DNA from: Adineta vaga | Lineage: Eukaryota; Animalia; Rotifera | Length of the DNA: 64,000 nt | NCBI GenBank assembly: GCA_021613535.1 | Contig: CP075493.1 | Span: 12,586,001-12,650,000 of the forward strand | Reading direction: 5' to 3' | In this document: positions 48,419 through 63,619 of the stretch, one piece after another | How the letters are laid out: each line of letters begins with the position of its first letter | Position numbering within the stretch: the first letter of the stretch is position 1 | The notes under the pieces: model-generated | Databases searched by the model: none | Seen by the model: only the letters and a program-made list of their open reading frames with translations | What the model was told of the DNA's origin: nothing | Program-made: the position numbers and the translations under genes

Positions 48419-49958
48419 TAATTATTTACAAATTCATTTGCCGAGAAATTTTAATCCTAGTTACGGGACCTATATTTTGGCAGATGCCCTTTTTTTCGAG
48501 CATCAAAAAAGTAGTTCCTACACTAATCGTCGATCTTACCTCTCGTCTTGCTAGATTCTTGTCTGAAAAACAAGGTGAACAGAATCTTGACTGACTGATC
48601 AGGACAGTAAGAATCTAGAAAGAATCATAATAAAGTAAAACTTCCCATATATGGGCACTCTTTACACTTTTTCAAGTCGCCCATTTAATGGCGGTGCCCT
48701 TGTCATAGAAGTTTTTGTAAATAGCATACAGAAACGTTTTGGATGAGAGTGTAGGCGAGAGTATATTCTCTTGACTCTCACCCACACCCTCGGAACTTAA
48801 AATCGTTCAGTGGAAGCATAGAGAACCTTTGAGGTTCAGTAAAACACCAATTTTTTTTACAGGGTAGTACCTCTTTTCACTCTCTATTATACTCACAATC
48901 TTGTTTCTTATGTTCTCTTTTCGACCCTAAATTATGTACGCTGTTTGTTTTTCCTCGTTCTGTTATCGTATACATTAAGCTTTATAGTCATTTGGGAGCG
49001 TGTCCCAATTAGAGGGCAAGGTGTGCAAAGAGAAATGACAAACATCCTTTTGAATGAAACTTCTTTTGTCCATTTCAGTAATACGTAATCTTTTTTCTCT
49101 GCTTCCGATTTCCTCTTTCATTTCCGCTCGATATATATTGTCTCTCGTTGCATTTTTTTCAATATCATTCTTCTTCGCTCTCTCTCTCTCTCTCTCTTTC
49201 TCTGATATATTCTGTCAAACGGGTAGTTGGTATTTATATTCAGTGCTAGTGAAACGTATTAAAAACAAGACGAAGGGTAGTCTCGAGGGAAGTCATTCTG
49301 CACTGAGACTCGAAAACAGAATAAGAGTGTGAACATGAAGTTTGTACAGAGAAAGTATATCTATACAAGCATAATCTTTTTTCTATTCTTGTCGTGTTAA
49401 TTCAATATAATTATTGTTATTCTATGTTATCTATCTTATTATTATCATTCAATAAATCATTACGTTTCGGTGTTGTCCGAGTGCTTTAAGTGATTTCTAT
49501 TCTAGTGATTTCTATTCATCGATCAGAAGTATTTTCTGTTACACTTTATCTATTTACCTTTTTCAAAAAGTAAAAGTGAATTGCTACTCCTAACGTGTAC
49601 ATCGATTATGAAAACTAATATTGAAGTTTTCAAAATCTAATTTCTTAGAATTGATGGCAACGAGCATATTCTGAATAAACAATATTTTAGACAAACTATT
49701 TACTATTGGTTTTCTATATTTTTTCAAAATGTTTGTCGAGTTATAATTTTGGAAGCATGAATCGAATATTGACACATGCAAATTTGATGTTGACTATCCT
49801 ATTTGAGTTATAACAGCTTGTAATGACATAACAATGAACGCTGACGTAGTTTGATATTTACAGTTGCATCTGGCTTTCTTTTTACATAATCAACAAAGGA
49901 AGAAGGACGAAAATTAACAAACTTTTTTCTTCATGTGTAAAACTAAAATCTTTTCAGT

Positions 49959-52900
49959 ATGAGTATGGAACAATTGTATAGATCAAAATTTACGCGGATC
50001 CACTTTTTTCCGAAGCAGATGTTGCTGGATATTCTTCTTTTATTATTTTATGGGTACATTTCGTCCGTAAATTCAGTTAATATTCGACTGTATGATACGG
50101 TACGTAGCAAAGAGAATGCTGCTTTTGATTGTTTTAAGGCTATGCACGTATTTGCATCGGCTATAGTAACACATCAATTCAGTTCAACTTATGAAACTCA
50201 TTACTATTGTCGTTGGTCTACAAGTAAGAACAACCAACTCGTGATGCCTAATGAAAATATAGTCAATGGTGTACCATTCCCATTTAAATACTTGCGTGAA
50301 ATGAACATCTCGGCTAGAGATCTCTTCGAGTGGTATGCACCAATCGATGTAATCGAAGAATACGAATCGGGTAGTGAGACTGGATTGTTTGTCAATTGTT
50401 CGAATCAAGACAATGTGTGGTTTGGAAGCAACTGTGAGTATGCATATGATTCCGATAGAGAACCAATTGGTTTCATCTCGGGACGACTTGAAGACAGGTA
50501 TGAAGTACCGGATAATATTTTTTCGATCACAAACGGCACGTGTTATGAGATGAATGGTAGCGAATGTCAGTCGGTCTTATGCTTAGATTGGCGAGAAATA
50601 TGTGATGGTGAGTAAATGAGTTCTTTTCCTAACGAGACGGATGTTAGGTTTACTCAAAGTTATGTTACCAGATACCGAATAATACGTAATGAAAAGTTTC
50701 TAACTTTATCAAGGAAGGGTTATTTTGCCAAAAAATAACCATATCGTATAAAATTCAATCAAAAGTTTTCGATCTTGAGATTTTCATTAAGAAAAGGATA
50801 TTTCTTGAAGACAACAATACCACTAAATTTTAGAAATCGTAGAGATTCGGATTTACCGATCCCCAAAATTTTGATCAAACTTTCTGAAGTACCTTTGTTT
50901 TCGAGAAATAGTCCTTTTCTTTATAAAGTCAACTATTTTCGATTACCAAAGATCTTATAACATAACTGTATATTAACGGCGATTTCGATTACTAGTAGAT
51001 AGTATTCTGGATAGTCGTTAAGGGTCAGAGGTGAGCACACGACAAACTTTTTCATCCTGTCCTGCCGTGCGGACAGGGCAGGACAAAAATTGAAACCTTT
51101 ATCTGCAGGACAGGATTTTAGCAGGACAAATATGAGTTTTTAGTCTTTTTTTCAATTGAATTTGATACTAAATTTTACATCTATACTTCTTTCAACTTGT
51201 TCCGGCAATATAGATGTGCGAAAGTTGTGTTCTAAATAATAATTACGAGAATCAACCCAAAATAAAATAGTAGATGACCTGTTAATAAAATATGTACTAT
51301 AACATGAAAAATACTATATAATACGAATTAAAAATAACGCATTATATTGAAACGGTTAATACACTTAGATAACAAAAATGAGTAGATTTGGACCTATTTG
51401 CTTTGAGAAAGGAACTGTTACTCAAAGAAAAGGTTGATGTACATAAAAACAGACAGTCGTTAGTCAAATAAATACTCATATGTTTGTATGGATCTGATGA
51501 GTAAAATATTTTCTAACTGTTAACCCTTTTAACTGCTTTTGTCCCTATTGTATAATGAGTTCCGTTTCAAATAGTTGTCTCTACGCTTGAACCAGTAGCT
51601 GGTTATACAAAAATACATGGAGAGTAATATGAGATAAGTGAGAAAAATTGAAGGCTCTGGCTGAGAGTTCAAAACAGACAAGCAACAGGGGCTATCGCTT
51701 ATAATCTGCACATTCGAAGGATTTTATTTATGTTGTAATCTAAAGCGCTTTATAAAGCATGTTTTCGTTCAAAGTGTCTAGCCGATAAAATAGCGATATA
51801 AAACATAGACTTAGGTCATTTATAGATTTTTTATGTGGTTTTTGCTGACATAAGATCCACAATTTATGGCTATCACTGCTTAAACAATGTGTTTAACATG
51901 CTAGAACCTCGAAAAACTCAAAACCAGTGATATGAGCGATTTTAAAGTGTTAATTTCACTTGTTTTACTGCTTATGAAAAGCTTACGCAAAAATGTCATA
52001 TAAAAGGCAGAACGAGAGAGTTCATCCTGTCCTGCCTGCCGCTCCGACTCATTCATCCTGTCGTGCGGACTGGACAGCAGGGCAGGACGTGCGGTATGTC
52101 CTGTCCTGTGCTCACCTCTGTTAAGGGTACCATCTCTCTTCTTTCACGATTTTTATACCTCAAAAACGGTACGTAGAATCGTGTTGAAATTTTTACCACA
52201 GATAGAGCACTTAAAATAACGGGATAGGTGTTCGAGAAAAATTTTTTCGAAAGGAATCTTCCCGATTTTTTCTATCGGTCTCAACTTGACACGGCACGAT
52301 CTCACCTAATTTTGCTCGATTCGGCTGAAAATATTTTTGGAAACATTTATGACTATATCTGAGAGATGCTTTTAAGAGTATTCACCACTCTTTTCTTGGC
52401 AAAATTTAAAACCTTTTCTCTGTGCTCAGCAGATTCTCCATCGAAAATTGTTCGGAAATTCGTTGAAAAAAATTCAGACACTTCCCGAACTAATTTTTCG
52501 CAAAAGTCGTGTTTTTTTCCAAATTGCGAAGTTGAGACACGCAAAACCGCTCTTTAATTTTGTCCGATAGAGCTAACCTTTTTACCAGTAATACTTTTAC
52601 CTATTATCCCGAGGTAGTTTTGATCGTTTTCAAAAATATCATTTACTTTAGTGTTAATATCAAAACTACGAAAAAGGTTTTCGAAAGCGAGATTTCTCAA
52701 CTTTACGAAACCTATAAATCGGGATGAAAAGATCAGAAACAGAAACGACCGATTCTATCTCTAGCCAAGCCGAAAGAGATTTTATAGAAGGACGCGTTTT
52801 TCAGAATCCTTGTTGGCTTGAGTGGAGAATATTTTAAAGTTTCTGTGGTAAAAACTTCATCTCATTCAGACAAACTTAAAGGAGAGCCGCATGTGACACG

Positions 52901-55900
52901 AGTGAACGCTTGGCGTGAATAACTGGAGTTTGAGTAAAATGCGAAATAAGTTTTAGACGTTTATTTCGATATAGGGGTGTAGTTTGAACTTGCGCACGAA
53001 AATCTCATACTATTTTATTTCTTTAAGCCTCCCTCCCCCAGCTTGTGGTGTCTATTTTAGGTATTTTTCTTACAAAGAATTTTTGAAGTGTACTTGAACT
53101 GAACAAGAATGTTAGTATATGACATAAAGAATCCCCGTCGCCTTCTCAACAATTTTGTATTTCCTGAATTCATCCATTATTGTTCACTCCAGAAAAACCG
53201 GCTCAATGTCGAAATGGAGTCTAGAGCTTGCTCTACTACTGAACACAGAAGGATTTGTTTTGTTTTCCTTAGATATTTTTCTGGTTTTCTGTAGATCTTT
53301 TTCAAACATCACCATTCCTAGTAATCACTCGATAATTTATCATATACACTTTCTGAAAGGACAGTTTAAGGAAGACAAAACATATCCGGCTTTGTTAAGT
53401 TGTAGAGCAAGCTCTGTTCTTCATTTTTGCATTAAGCCCGTTCTTCTAGAGTGAAAAATAAGGGAGAGCTTTGGAAAGTCTGATTTTAAAATCGAGAGTT
53501 TTTTAAGAGTAAATGACAAATATTCGCTATGACTTACACTAACATTCTTGTTCAGTTCAAATATTTTTCAATAATTTGTTGTAAGAAAAATACCTAAAAT
53601 AGATAGCGCATGGTGGAAGGCCTCAAACGAGGTTTCTTTTTGAATAATTGTTTGTAGCAGATACATGTAAAAATGTTTGCTTTTTCACATGACTATTGAT
53701 TAAAACCAATTAGCTGATTACTTAAAGAGTAATGAGCGAATATCTCTCTAACCGTATGAGAAAACAATCCTAAAGTTTGAGAATGAACTATATAACACAA
53801 GTCACATAAATGGTAAAAATATCTCCAAAAAAGTGGTTCTGTAAAGATCCCATAAAGTTTGAAAAAGAGATTTTTATTTTATCATAATCTAGCGAGTTTG
53901 AAGAAGTATTTGTATACTTTGAGATTGTTTTGGAACTTCTCGCTAGATTATACGAGTGTTTTTTCAGTTGCTCAGACGTACTCTATCATGTCGCTTAGGA
54001 AAACTTTGAGTAAAGATTTTATAACCTTAGGAATGGTCTACAGAATACATCAGTTAGCTTTGAAGAACAATTGTTTCAATTCAGAGTTTTCTTAAGCAAA
54101 ATGGGAAAAGCAGTAATTTATGTCTATTTTACAACACCTCGCTAACACTACTTTTTCGGTCATAGCCCCTCTGAACAAAAAGTGGTTTTAGGTGATTTTT
54201 TCAGAGTATATAGAGTAGGTTAAATACGTACAACATATAAAAACTAGTCGTAGAAAACTTTATCAGTCTGCGACATTCATCTTGTAATTTTTCGATGTCA
54301 TGGTGCTAATAAATGATTTTGCCTATATAGAGCACTAAAACAAAAACAACTGAAGATGTGGGTGAAGAATAGATACCTTGACCCACACCCTCAGTAGCTG
54401 TGAAAATACCCTCCTCTGCCCGTCCGTAGACCTCACATCTCTGCTCATAAGAGAATGTTTCTCTGTGCCCAATCAATTTTTTGGCAGAACATGCGCACAA
54501 ACCATTACTGGATTTTGGTTTATGATTATAAGATTCTTCTGAGTATCTGAATGATCAAATATCGAACTAAACTTTCATCAATCGATAAGTCTCATAAATA
54601 CTAGAAACTTCCCAGAGTTTGAGGCAGAACGAACGAGTGATGTGATAATACCATTACGCTGGGTATCTTTCTTAAAATAGAGCAGTGTATCTTCTGAAAA
54701 GTGAGGAATTTGAGTGAATTTGGTTATAGTCGATGCCTAACAGTACTGATGTGGAGAGTACTTCACGCTATTGAAATGGGAAAGATCTAATGTAACAATA
54801 TTTGATGCCGCGTTAGTCCAGCAACGTTTGTTTGAAGATGAGGAGATCTTTTTCAGTGTATTACGAGCTGGGTTCTAAAGAAGAAACAGGGTCTTCTCTA
54901 AAGAATTACCGATTTTTGCAACACTCACGCTTTGTGCTTTGCCTACTGGTCGGGCCTTCGCTACACCCACAACCAATAGATTGACAGAATGAATTTAAGG
55001 CACGATGGTGTTACTAGTTACATCTGATTTAATCTCGACGTTATAAAACTTTCTCATCAATATACTACGTAACAAAACGTTTATTAGCTATGAAGTACTG
55101 AGACCTGCAATAGAAAACGAATGCACGGAATCAAATGCTATTATAAAATCTTTCAAAGGCATGATAAAATTATTGGGCAATCAGATCATCTGACCAAATT
55201 TCTGAGGTTTTGAAGGATATAGTTTGGTTATTGCGTAACGAGATTGTCTGGCTGTATGTATTTGGTTACCCTGTTGGGTATTTAGACGTTCGGTTCTGAA
55301 TACCCAGTGTAATGACATTACGACAGCTATGGAATGAACGCATCCTTATTGAGATGCTATCTTGTCATTAAAATGTCCCTATTTTTCAACAAACATCGAA
55401 ATGAGACATTTTGCCTATCCAGACAGTCAAGATCTCATTTATATGCGATGTTTCCATTATCTTGTAAACTCGTAGAATGAATATTCGAGATCCAAATACA
55501 GATAGCTGATAGTAAAAATATTTTCATAGGTAAAATCGATTGTGTCAATGGTTTGGATGAATATCAATGCGATGCACTTGAGTATAATGAATGCGATCCT
55601 ATAACGGAATTTCGTTGTTTAAATGGACTATGTATTGACAAAGTGTTTCACATTGATAATGAGTACGACTGTTTGGATGGATCTGATGAAACAGAAACGC
55701 AAAACTATGACTGCAGCGATCGAATTAGTTATGTCTGTGAAGACCGATCATGTCACCGATCAGAATTTTCATGCGGTGATGGATTCTGTTATAACGGGCC
55801 AAGTACAATAGATGGCTGTCCTAAATATCCACGAGATATTCTCTACTTAAAACAAATGCCATCGTCAACATTCATTCTTTTTGCACACATAGTTGTCACA

Positions 55901-58900
55901 TACAATAATAACACACCATTATCGGTCTGTTTCAATGAGACTATATGCCCATATCTCGCTAAGAGTCAGAATACGAAAAGCTTATTTTGGCTTCATGGTT
56001 TACTATGTCAAAAATTTGATACATTTACAAACCAAACATACGATAATTTCGCTGCTATGATTAAAGATGTCAAACGCTTGGTGCACTCTTGTGCGCTTAT
56101 CTATTTCCCACGTGCTAGTGGTAATCAATCTGCATTGTTTCAATGCCATGATAATATAACTTCTATCTCACACCATCGACTTTCTGATGGTGCATATGAT
56201 TGTGCAAATGGCGAAGACGAACATCAAACAAACACATGTTTGTTAAATTTACCTTCTAGATATAGATGTGATAGTGGAGCAAGGTGTATTCATACATCGG
56301 CCATCGACAATAATATCGTGAGTATTTATCAGGTCGAAGTGTGAGACTGCAAACAGATTATTTCTGCTTAACTGGTTAATCCTTGATTAGTGTTTCTGTT
56401 GTTAAGTTTACTACAATCTATTTTCAAATTGATCTCTGAGCAATAAATTCATCTTAATGGAGGAATTTGCAGTCCTAGTGCAAATACCGAAGAACTGCCA
56501 CTGACAGGTCACACAGTTGTGCACTGACTGAGCTCGAACAATACCAATAGACGACGACCAAATTATGTGCTTGCCTGTCTGAATTATTCTGTTAAGTCTA
56601 CGATAATGAAACCGATATAGTATAGTTATCTTTCTCTTTTAAAATTTATTTCCAATGGATAGATACAGGCGCCGTCGAAATAGCTCCAAAGTGAGATTTG
56701 TTCGGTCGTAGGCGAGTATTTGTAAAAAAAGCGAAAACTCACAATGACATCCAAATTGACAATTGATAATACAAATAGATAGAGCCCGCTGAGCTGATTC
56801 TATAAAGACCCACGGAGACCCAAAATAGCAAAAAAAGACTTTCTGATAAATATTCTTTTTTCCAATATACGAAGAGCCAAATCTAGGATTTTCGATCAGT
56901 ACCAAAGGTAAATCGGTCAATCGATTGGTGAAGCGATTTGACTCAACAAGCTCTACCTTCTGGTATTATCAAAACTAGATTTGTGGATCTTCCTGGGTTA
57001 TCGTTTGTTTTATAACTACTCCGTCCTGGTCTCGGTGAAACTGTTTCCTATAGATTTCGTCTCTGATACGTAAATATGGTTTTGTTTATAATCTATACGA
57101 GTAATTTCAAATCGGTTTTTGAAGTTCACTTTAAATGCATGAAACTGACTGGTAGCTGAACTGAGGCTATTATTTTCAGCATGAGTTTTAGAAGAACCTT
57201 TGCAACACTATTCATAAGCTTTATAGTAACTTTTCTTGTTCAAAAACCATTAGAATATCTTCCGCACTCAAATTAAGAAAACAACAAAACTACAGTCTCA
57301 ATGCTAGAAAATTGTGACAATATGATAAAAAGAATGAGCAAAGATACAGTTCAACCTTCCTATGTGGACACCTCCGTGTAGTGAACACTTTAAAGCGATC
57401 CTTGTATTGACCACTATAGAGACATTATACTGTATGCTGAGTATTTTACTGAATCAAATATATCAAACTTCCACTTTATACACTCGAACATTCACACAAA
57501 ATAAGGAAAAACACAACGTAGTATACACGATATTAGAATTTGTCTGCAAGAAATGCTGATATCGAAGATAGTTAGCGATTTTTTAGCTGCATGAGTTTTA
57601 AATCACATTGAAATAATTATTTTCCTTTCAATGTTTCTTGTATAGTCCACCATCTTTTTTGTTTTAAAATTTGATCGAAAACTTTTGCACTGTTATAGTG
57701 GAATTGCGTCGATGGAAGTGATGAAGGTACTTTCTATCGTTATTCATGCGAGAACGTAGATTCCGATCAATGTCGGATCTACCGTCATGAACCAACTCAT
57801 TTCAACTTGAATTTTGGTCACATTTGCAATGGGATTATTGAAAGTATACCCGATATCGATAATAACACGGATGAATCGAACTGTATCATGACCCAATGGT
57901 ATCATGATGCATCTCATAACAAATGCAATCGTGCATGGAATCTTCTAGACGGACGTGATGAACTCGGTTGTTTCCCGTTATTGCATCAAACCGTGGGTTG
58001 TAATCGCACTCAACATATATGCTTTGATCCTCAGACGGGCTACCCACAATGTTTGCCGATTTCGAAAGCTAATGATAATTTCATCAATTGTTTGGGCTCA
58101 GTTGATGAACGACGATTCTGTCGTATCCATTATCAAGATAATCTTATGCGTCGCTATCGGTGTCGAAATTCAGATCTGTGTATTTCGCCTATTCAAGTCT
58201 GTGATTGTCATCAAGATTGTCCGGAGAATGATGATGAAACTACTGCATGCAAATGGCTCTACAGTGGAAAAGAGTTATCCTGTAAAATTGGCCTAATTCG
58301 TTGCCGTGATGGTTCTGTACGTAATCCTAGTGCCCGTTGTGATAATAGATTCCAATGTCACGGCGGTGAAGATGAAATCTTCTGCGAGCTCATCGATCGA
58401 ACATTAGTAGAATCAATAAATCTCATGCATTTTTCAAGCTATCCGGAACAGCGTTCAGAAAAAATAATAGCAAGTCAAATCGGACAAAGTCGATCATTAT
58501 TTGACGATTCTATTCTGTGGCGCTGCAACCGCGGAATACATATACGTTCATCAAATAATCCTCCTGGTTTCTATTGTTTCTGTCAAGATCACTACTATGG
58601 CGATCGATGTCAATTTCAGCGCAGGCGCCTGGTATTCATACTTCAATTACAAATCATGGGTTCGATTGATCATCTTGATCCTCTATCATCACTCTTTAAA
58701 GTTGTTATTCTCTTAATACGTAACGATTACAACGGTTCTATTATTTCATATGAACAAATTATTTTCAAACCATTATTTGATTGTTTGCCTCGCTATATAA
58801 TCTATTTGCTCTATCCAATCAACGAATCATCACTACTTTACAATCATTCAGTGTTTATTCATGTGTTTACATTCCAAGAACTTGAACATCGTATATCATG

Positions 58901-60896
58901 GAATTTTTCTGTTCCATTCGAATTTTTACCAGTCAACCGAATAGCAAAGCGGTTGATCATACCTGATACAGCAAAGGTATCAGAAACAATGCAAATAACG
59001 TTCAAAAATAGTCGTTGTTCATCATGTTCAAACGAGTCTCTCTGTCTTGGAAAAGATAGTCAGCTCAATCGAGATATATGTGTATGTCCAGCGGGGCGTA
59101 TTGGTAGCCGATGTTTGATTCCATTCGATCCATGCACCCGTGCTATTTGTAGTGGAAACGGTCGCTGTATACCGATAAATGAATTAGAATCTGGAAGGTA
59201 CAAAACATTTGAATGTCTATGTGATTTAGAATGGGTTGGTAAACGGTGTGAAAGTCGTGCACCACGAATTCATGTAACATTTACAAAAGACACTCCTATT
59301 CCATCATCGAAAATTGTATTCATTCACACTTTTTTACAACTATTTTTGACCGAACCGAGTCACTTAGTCTATTTTCGGCGTCTTCATCGAGGTATATCAA
59401 ATTTTACATTTTTTGTCAAAAGTTCTGAGCGAATACCATCACTTGTTTTCATTCAATTGTATGAAGATCGTGATCAATTTGAATATTATCTCTTGGTTTT
59501 ATGTGCAACGTATCCTTGCAATAAATTTAATGAGATAGATACTAAAATACAATCATCCAATCGATGTCATCATATTCGAGAGCTGTTACATCCTACTGTT
59601 CTCGCTCAACGTCCACTACAACGCGTTAAGAGCTATCAAAGTTTGTGTCTTGAACAGTTATACAAAGGAAAGAGATTGACTTGTTTTTACGATGATGAAC
59701 TCATGTGTTTATGTAATAATATCAACCATACAGATTGTGTGAATTTCAAGACAACAAAGTATGAATGTCGATTAAACACGTGTAGTGGCCAAGGCATGTG
59801 TGTCCAAGATCATGAAATTTGTCCAACTACTTCTGTGTGCCTCTGTGACCCATGCAGCTACGGAAATATATGTCAATTCTCAATGGCCGGTTATACTCTT
59901 TCGCTTGATGGTATTATCGGTTCCTATATACTACCGACTGCAACTAGTATTCTTTACCAGTCAAGTGAGGTTAAATGGACTATTGTTTTGGTTTGTATCT
60001 TGGTCGTTTTTGGATTGATACTTAATGGTCTCTCCACGAGCACATTTATTCAAGAAAAAGTACGAAAATCTGGCTGTGATCGTTATTTATTATTTTCATC
60101 TTTAATCGGGTTGGTCAATATGATAACACTTGTGTGTAAAATAATCTTCTTGTTCAGTCAGAAGCAGAATAACGTTAGCTGTTCACTCATTGAGTTTCTA
60201 TTAAAATGGTGTCCGGCAAGTTGTGAATGGCTTAATGCTTCCGTAGGCATTGAACGGACAATGGCCGTTACACGTAAAACCCGGTTCCAGACTGCAAAAA
60301 GTAAAAGCGTAGCCAAATGGGTCATTCTAGCAGTGTTTATCCTAGTTGGTCTCTTTTGCACGCCAGAATTAATTTTTCGTCGAATAGTAAATGATACGCA
60401 GGACAACCAAGAGTGGTGTGTACTTACAATCAATGCTGATCGACCAAGTTTTCTAACCGTTTATTCAACTTTAAATGTTTCGTTATTTCTACTACCAATA
60501 ATTTGTAATTTTGTCAGTAGTGTCATCATTATTATAGGTACTCTTTCATCGAAGCGACAGGCAACTGCACACCCAACCGCTAATAAGAACGTGACTGGTA
60601 ATTTACTATTTGTAGACATAAAAAAACAAATTCGCAAACACAAGCACATACTCATTGCGCCTGCAATTCTTGGTTTACTCGCTCTACCTCGTCTCATTTT
60701 GACTTTCATCTTTGTGTGTAATAAAGTTGATCGAAGTCCTCTTCTTATTGTACTTAGTTATCTCGTCGGATTTTTACCATCAATGTCGGTAGTCTTTGCA
60801 TTCATTCTGCCATCACAGACTTATAAAGCAGCATTGCTGATAATCATCAAAAAGATTCTGCCTCAACGCATGATCAATCAAATGTTTACTCGTTGA
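49959..60896 (+). CDS. Large LDL-receptor class A / EGF-repeat protein with C-terminal rhodopsin-like 7TM domain, 3 exons (49959-50607, 55530-56317, 57699-60896)
   Basis: Splices CLDWREICD-GKIDC and IDNNI-WNCVDGSDE are in frame; LDLa DCxDGSDE motifs, EGF Cys patterns, seven hydrophobic helices with IERT at TM3. Confidence 0.9.
51026..52120. mobile_element. Non-autonomous hAT-type DNA transposon (MITE), 1095 bp, in receptor intron 1
   Basis: TIRs CAGAGGTGAGCACA(C/G)GACA (18/19 match), exact 8-bp TSD TTAAGGGT at 51018-51025 and 52121-52128, subterminal CAGGAC/GTCCTG repeats at both ends. Confidence 0.93.
53025..53624. mobile_element. Foldback-type MITE (about 600 bp) with long imperfect terminal inverted repeats
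   Basis: TCTATTTTAGGTATTTTTCTTACAA...TTGAACTGAACAAGAATGTTAGT at about 53050-53125 is mirrored at about 53530-53605; outer ends are degenerate. Confidence 0.75.
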
Positions 60897-62436
60897 CATA
60901 CAATTTAATTGATTAGAAGATATCTATCGACAATATTTTGTGGTTAAATGATTATCATTTTCTAAGTCGATGTTGTAACTCTGTGCCTTTTGTGTGTGAA
61001 GGACATTTTTTTGTAAAGGAACATTTGCTTTTATATCATAATCATCTATCAACAGACTTTCGCTTTCTATTTTGTTATTCGTGTCTCTCTTGCTGTTTGT
61101 CGATGCCTTGTGATTTATTCAATTAAATAATCAAAAATATATTAGAAAATAAGAACAACATACAGTTTTTAAAGTCAAATTAATTTCACAAAGAATAAAT
61201 GCGGAACCTTCGGATTTCATCCGAAAGTTATGTGTACTGCAAAAAGTGTATGAGAGACTTGAGTCATGCTGAAATATCTGCGCATCAAAATTATCTTGAG
61301 AGTGTGAGTGTTGGTGGGTGGGTGGGTGTAGATGATAAGCTAGTCTTCACCCCACACCCACCCCTCGAGTTTCCGCTTTTTACGTATTTAGGACAACAAT
61401 AGTGATGAAATTGGGGTAGGGCATGGGTAGACGACGTCTGCCCGCCAGTAATTATTAAAAAAGCGCGAATGGGAATCAGATTGTTGTTTTTGTCTCCTAT
61501 CATAACACTTTCACACAGTATGTTCCCAGATTCGATGCATTTCTAGTATCGATGAGAAACTATGAGAAATAATTTGAACGCTTTTACATTTAATTATTCA
61601 TTTTTAGCTCCCATACACCACTGATCAGTCTTTCTCACTCATGCTGTATCATGATAAGTATTAGGACTCTCATCTGTGTCTTGTTCTTCATATAAGCTTT
61701 TAATTTATTGATATTATCATAAATAAATAGATCATCTATAGAGAGATGAGAAGGAGGAAGATTATACAATTGCAGAAAAAATACCAAAAGGAAAAAGTAC
61801 AAAAAACATAGGGTCTGAATGCAGATCTGTTTAGCCAGAGAATTTCTTTCATCTTGTACATAAAATCACGTGATTACATACAAATTAACATAATCAATAA
61901 ATAACGCTCGTCGAACCTGACTCGCTTGATCCTCGACCTAATTCTCTCTATTCAGCCTTCGTTATGTCTGCCTTGAATGCATTTTAAAAGCTTTCATTCT
62001 CAGGTTCACGAATCCGACAACGAATCCTATATCTTCTTCGCTTATACCCTCACGCACACGCACACGCACACCCTCAAGTAGGTGGCAACATTGAAGTGCG
62101 CAAAGATTATCTATGACTTTACAATTGTTAAATTTAATAAAACATCAACATATATTTGTGCTAGGACTAAAACATGTTGGAGCAATTGATCCAACTCTAT
62201 ATATAAATAAATCAAAGTAATGTCGGATTAAGCGATATCAACATTTGTAAATATTCTTTTTGAAAACAAACCATTTAATAATTTATAGTTAACAAATAAA
62301 ATTAGAATACAGACTTTTATGACTTTGTTTGAATACTATACGAATGAAGTTTTGATAAACTATTTTACCTGTTGAAATTTTAAAGCAAAAACTTATCACC
62401 AAAAAAGATAAAAACTCACACTCGCAAAATGCTTCA

Positions 62437-63181
62437 TTACTCGATAGCTTGATCATTTTTTTTTAATTTCATTTCAAATTTATCCTGCCCACTGTATTTA
62501 TTCGTTTTAACAAACCATTTTCCTTCAAATTGATGTTGACTTGAATTCCAAGAGAGTTGAATGATGACATTGTGTCCAAGATTCTGCCTGAGATCACCTG
62601 TTCCCTTTCGATATGTCTTTATCAAGCCCATTCGATTTGTTTTTGTTGAATAGATACCTTCAATGGTATATTGGCCAATATCATCAGAGCCATTACCAAT
62701 CACTTTCGACATTTCCGAATCGAATTTAAGTGAACATTGATATGGTCCATGCCATGAACTGTATTGATAATATTGACTTATCCAAAAACCAGATTCAAAT
62801 TGATTTACATTTTGATATTCAATTTCAGTCGAAGGTAATTGAATATAGACTTCATTCGAATATTTTGGTTTTCCTTGTTTCGATATATAATAGAAACCGA
62901 GAAAAAATAGAGCACATATAGAACTTATAGTAATATATTCTGTCGTTGTAGTTTCTTTTTGTGGACAGTTGTCACCTGTACACGTCTGTCCTGTACGGTA
63001 AAAATTAGCTATAAACAGAATATATTCATTTGATCATTTTAATTTCTTTCAAAATAGAAAAATTATACTTACTTCGTATACTTCGACTTCGGCTACTACT
63101 TCTAGAACCACCACCACCCTGACAATGAATAACAACGGTCAGAATTATGAAAGTGACTAGTATGCGCAGAATAAGATGCAT
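62437..63181 (-). CDS. Small single-pass membrane protein: signal peptide, Gly/Ser/Arg linker, TM, C-terminal beta domain; 2 exons
   Basis: MHLILRILVTFIILTVVIHCQGGGGSRSSSRSRS; 64-nt intron 63009-63072; open frame continues through YYQYSSWHGPY into ORF 62437-62712. Confidence 0.75.
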
Positions 63182-63619
63182 TTTTTGTATTCTGTCCAAA
63201 TCAAAGACACATTGAAGACAGTTTATTTTATAGCGAGTGAATATTTCAAACGTACAGTATGGCTTAGAAGGTAGTTTTTATTTATTCGTTTTCATCATTA
63301 AGACTATACACATGGAAAGGAACGAAAAAATGATGAAATACAGCGTCGAACATCATAATTATTACTCATATTTGCATTAAAAACAAAACGAAAAATATAC
63401 GACGTTTCTCGTCAATTGCCGTTCGTCAATAAAATAACTAAATAAATGCGAATCAAAAAGGAAAGTACATATACGAATACAAACTAATTACTAAGAATGA
63501 ATCATTCTTTTCCATATATGTTTTAATAGGAATATGTACGGTAAATCGCAAGAATTATATAAGAATGTGTATTATCATACTTTTTTTCTAAATTAAAAAG
63601 AATTCTACTATTGTTATTA

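Noticed and set aside
49178-49197. (CT)n microsatellite
   Set aside because: Ordinary short simple repeat
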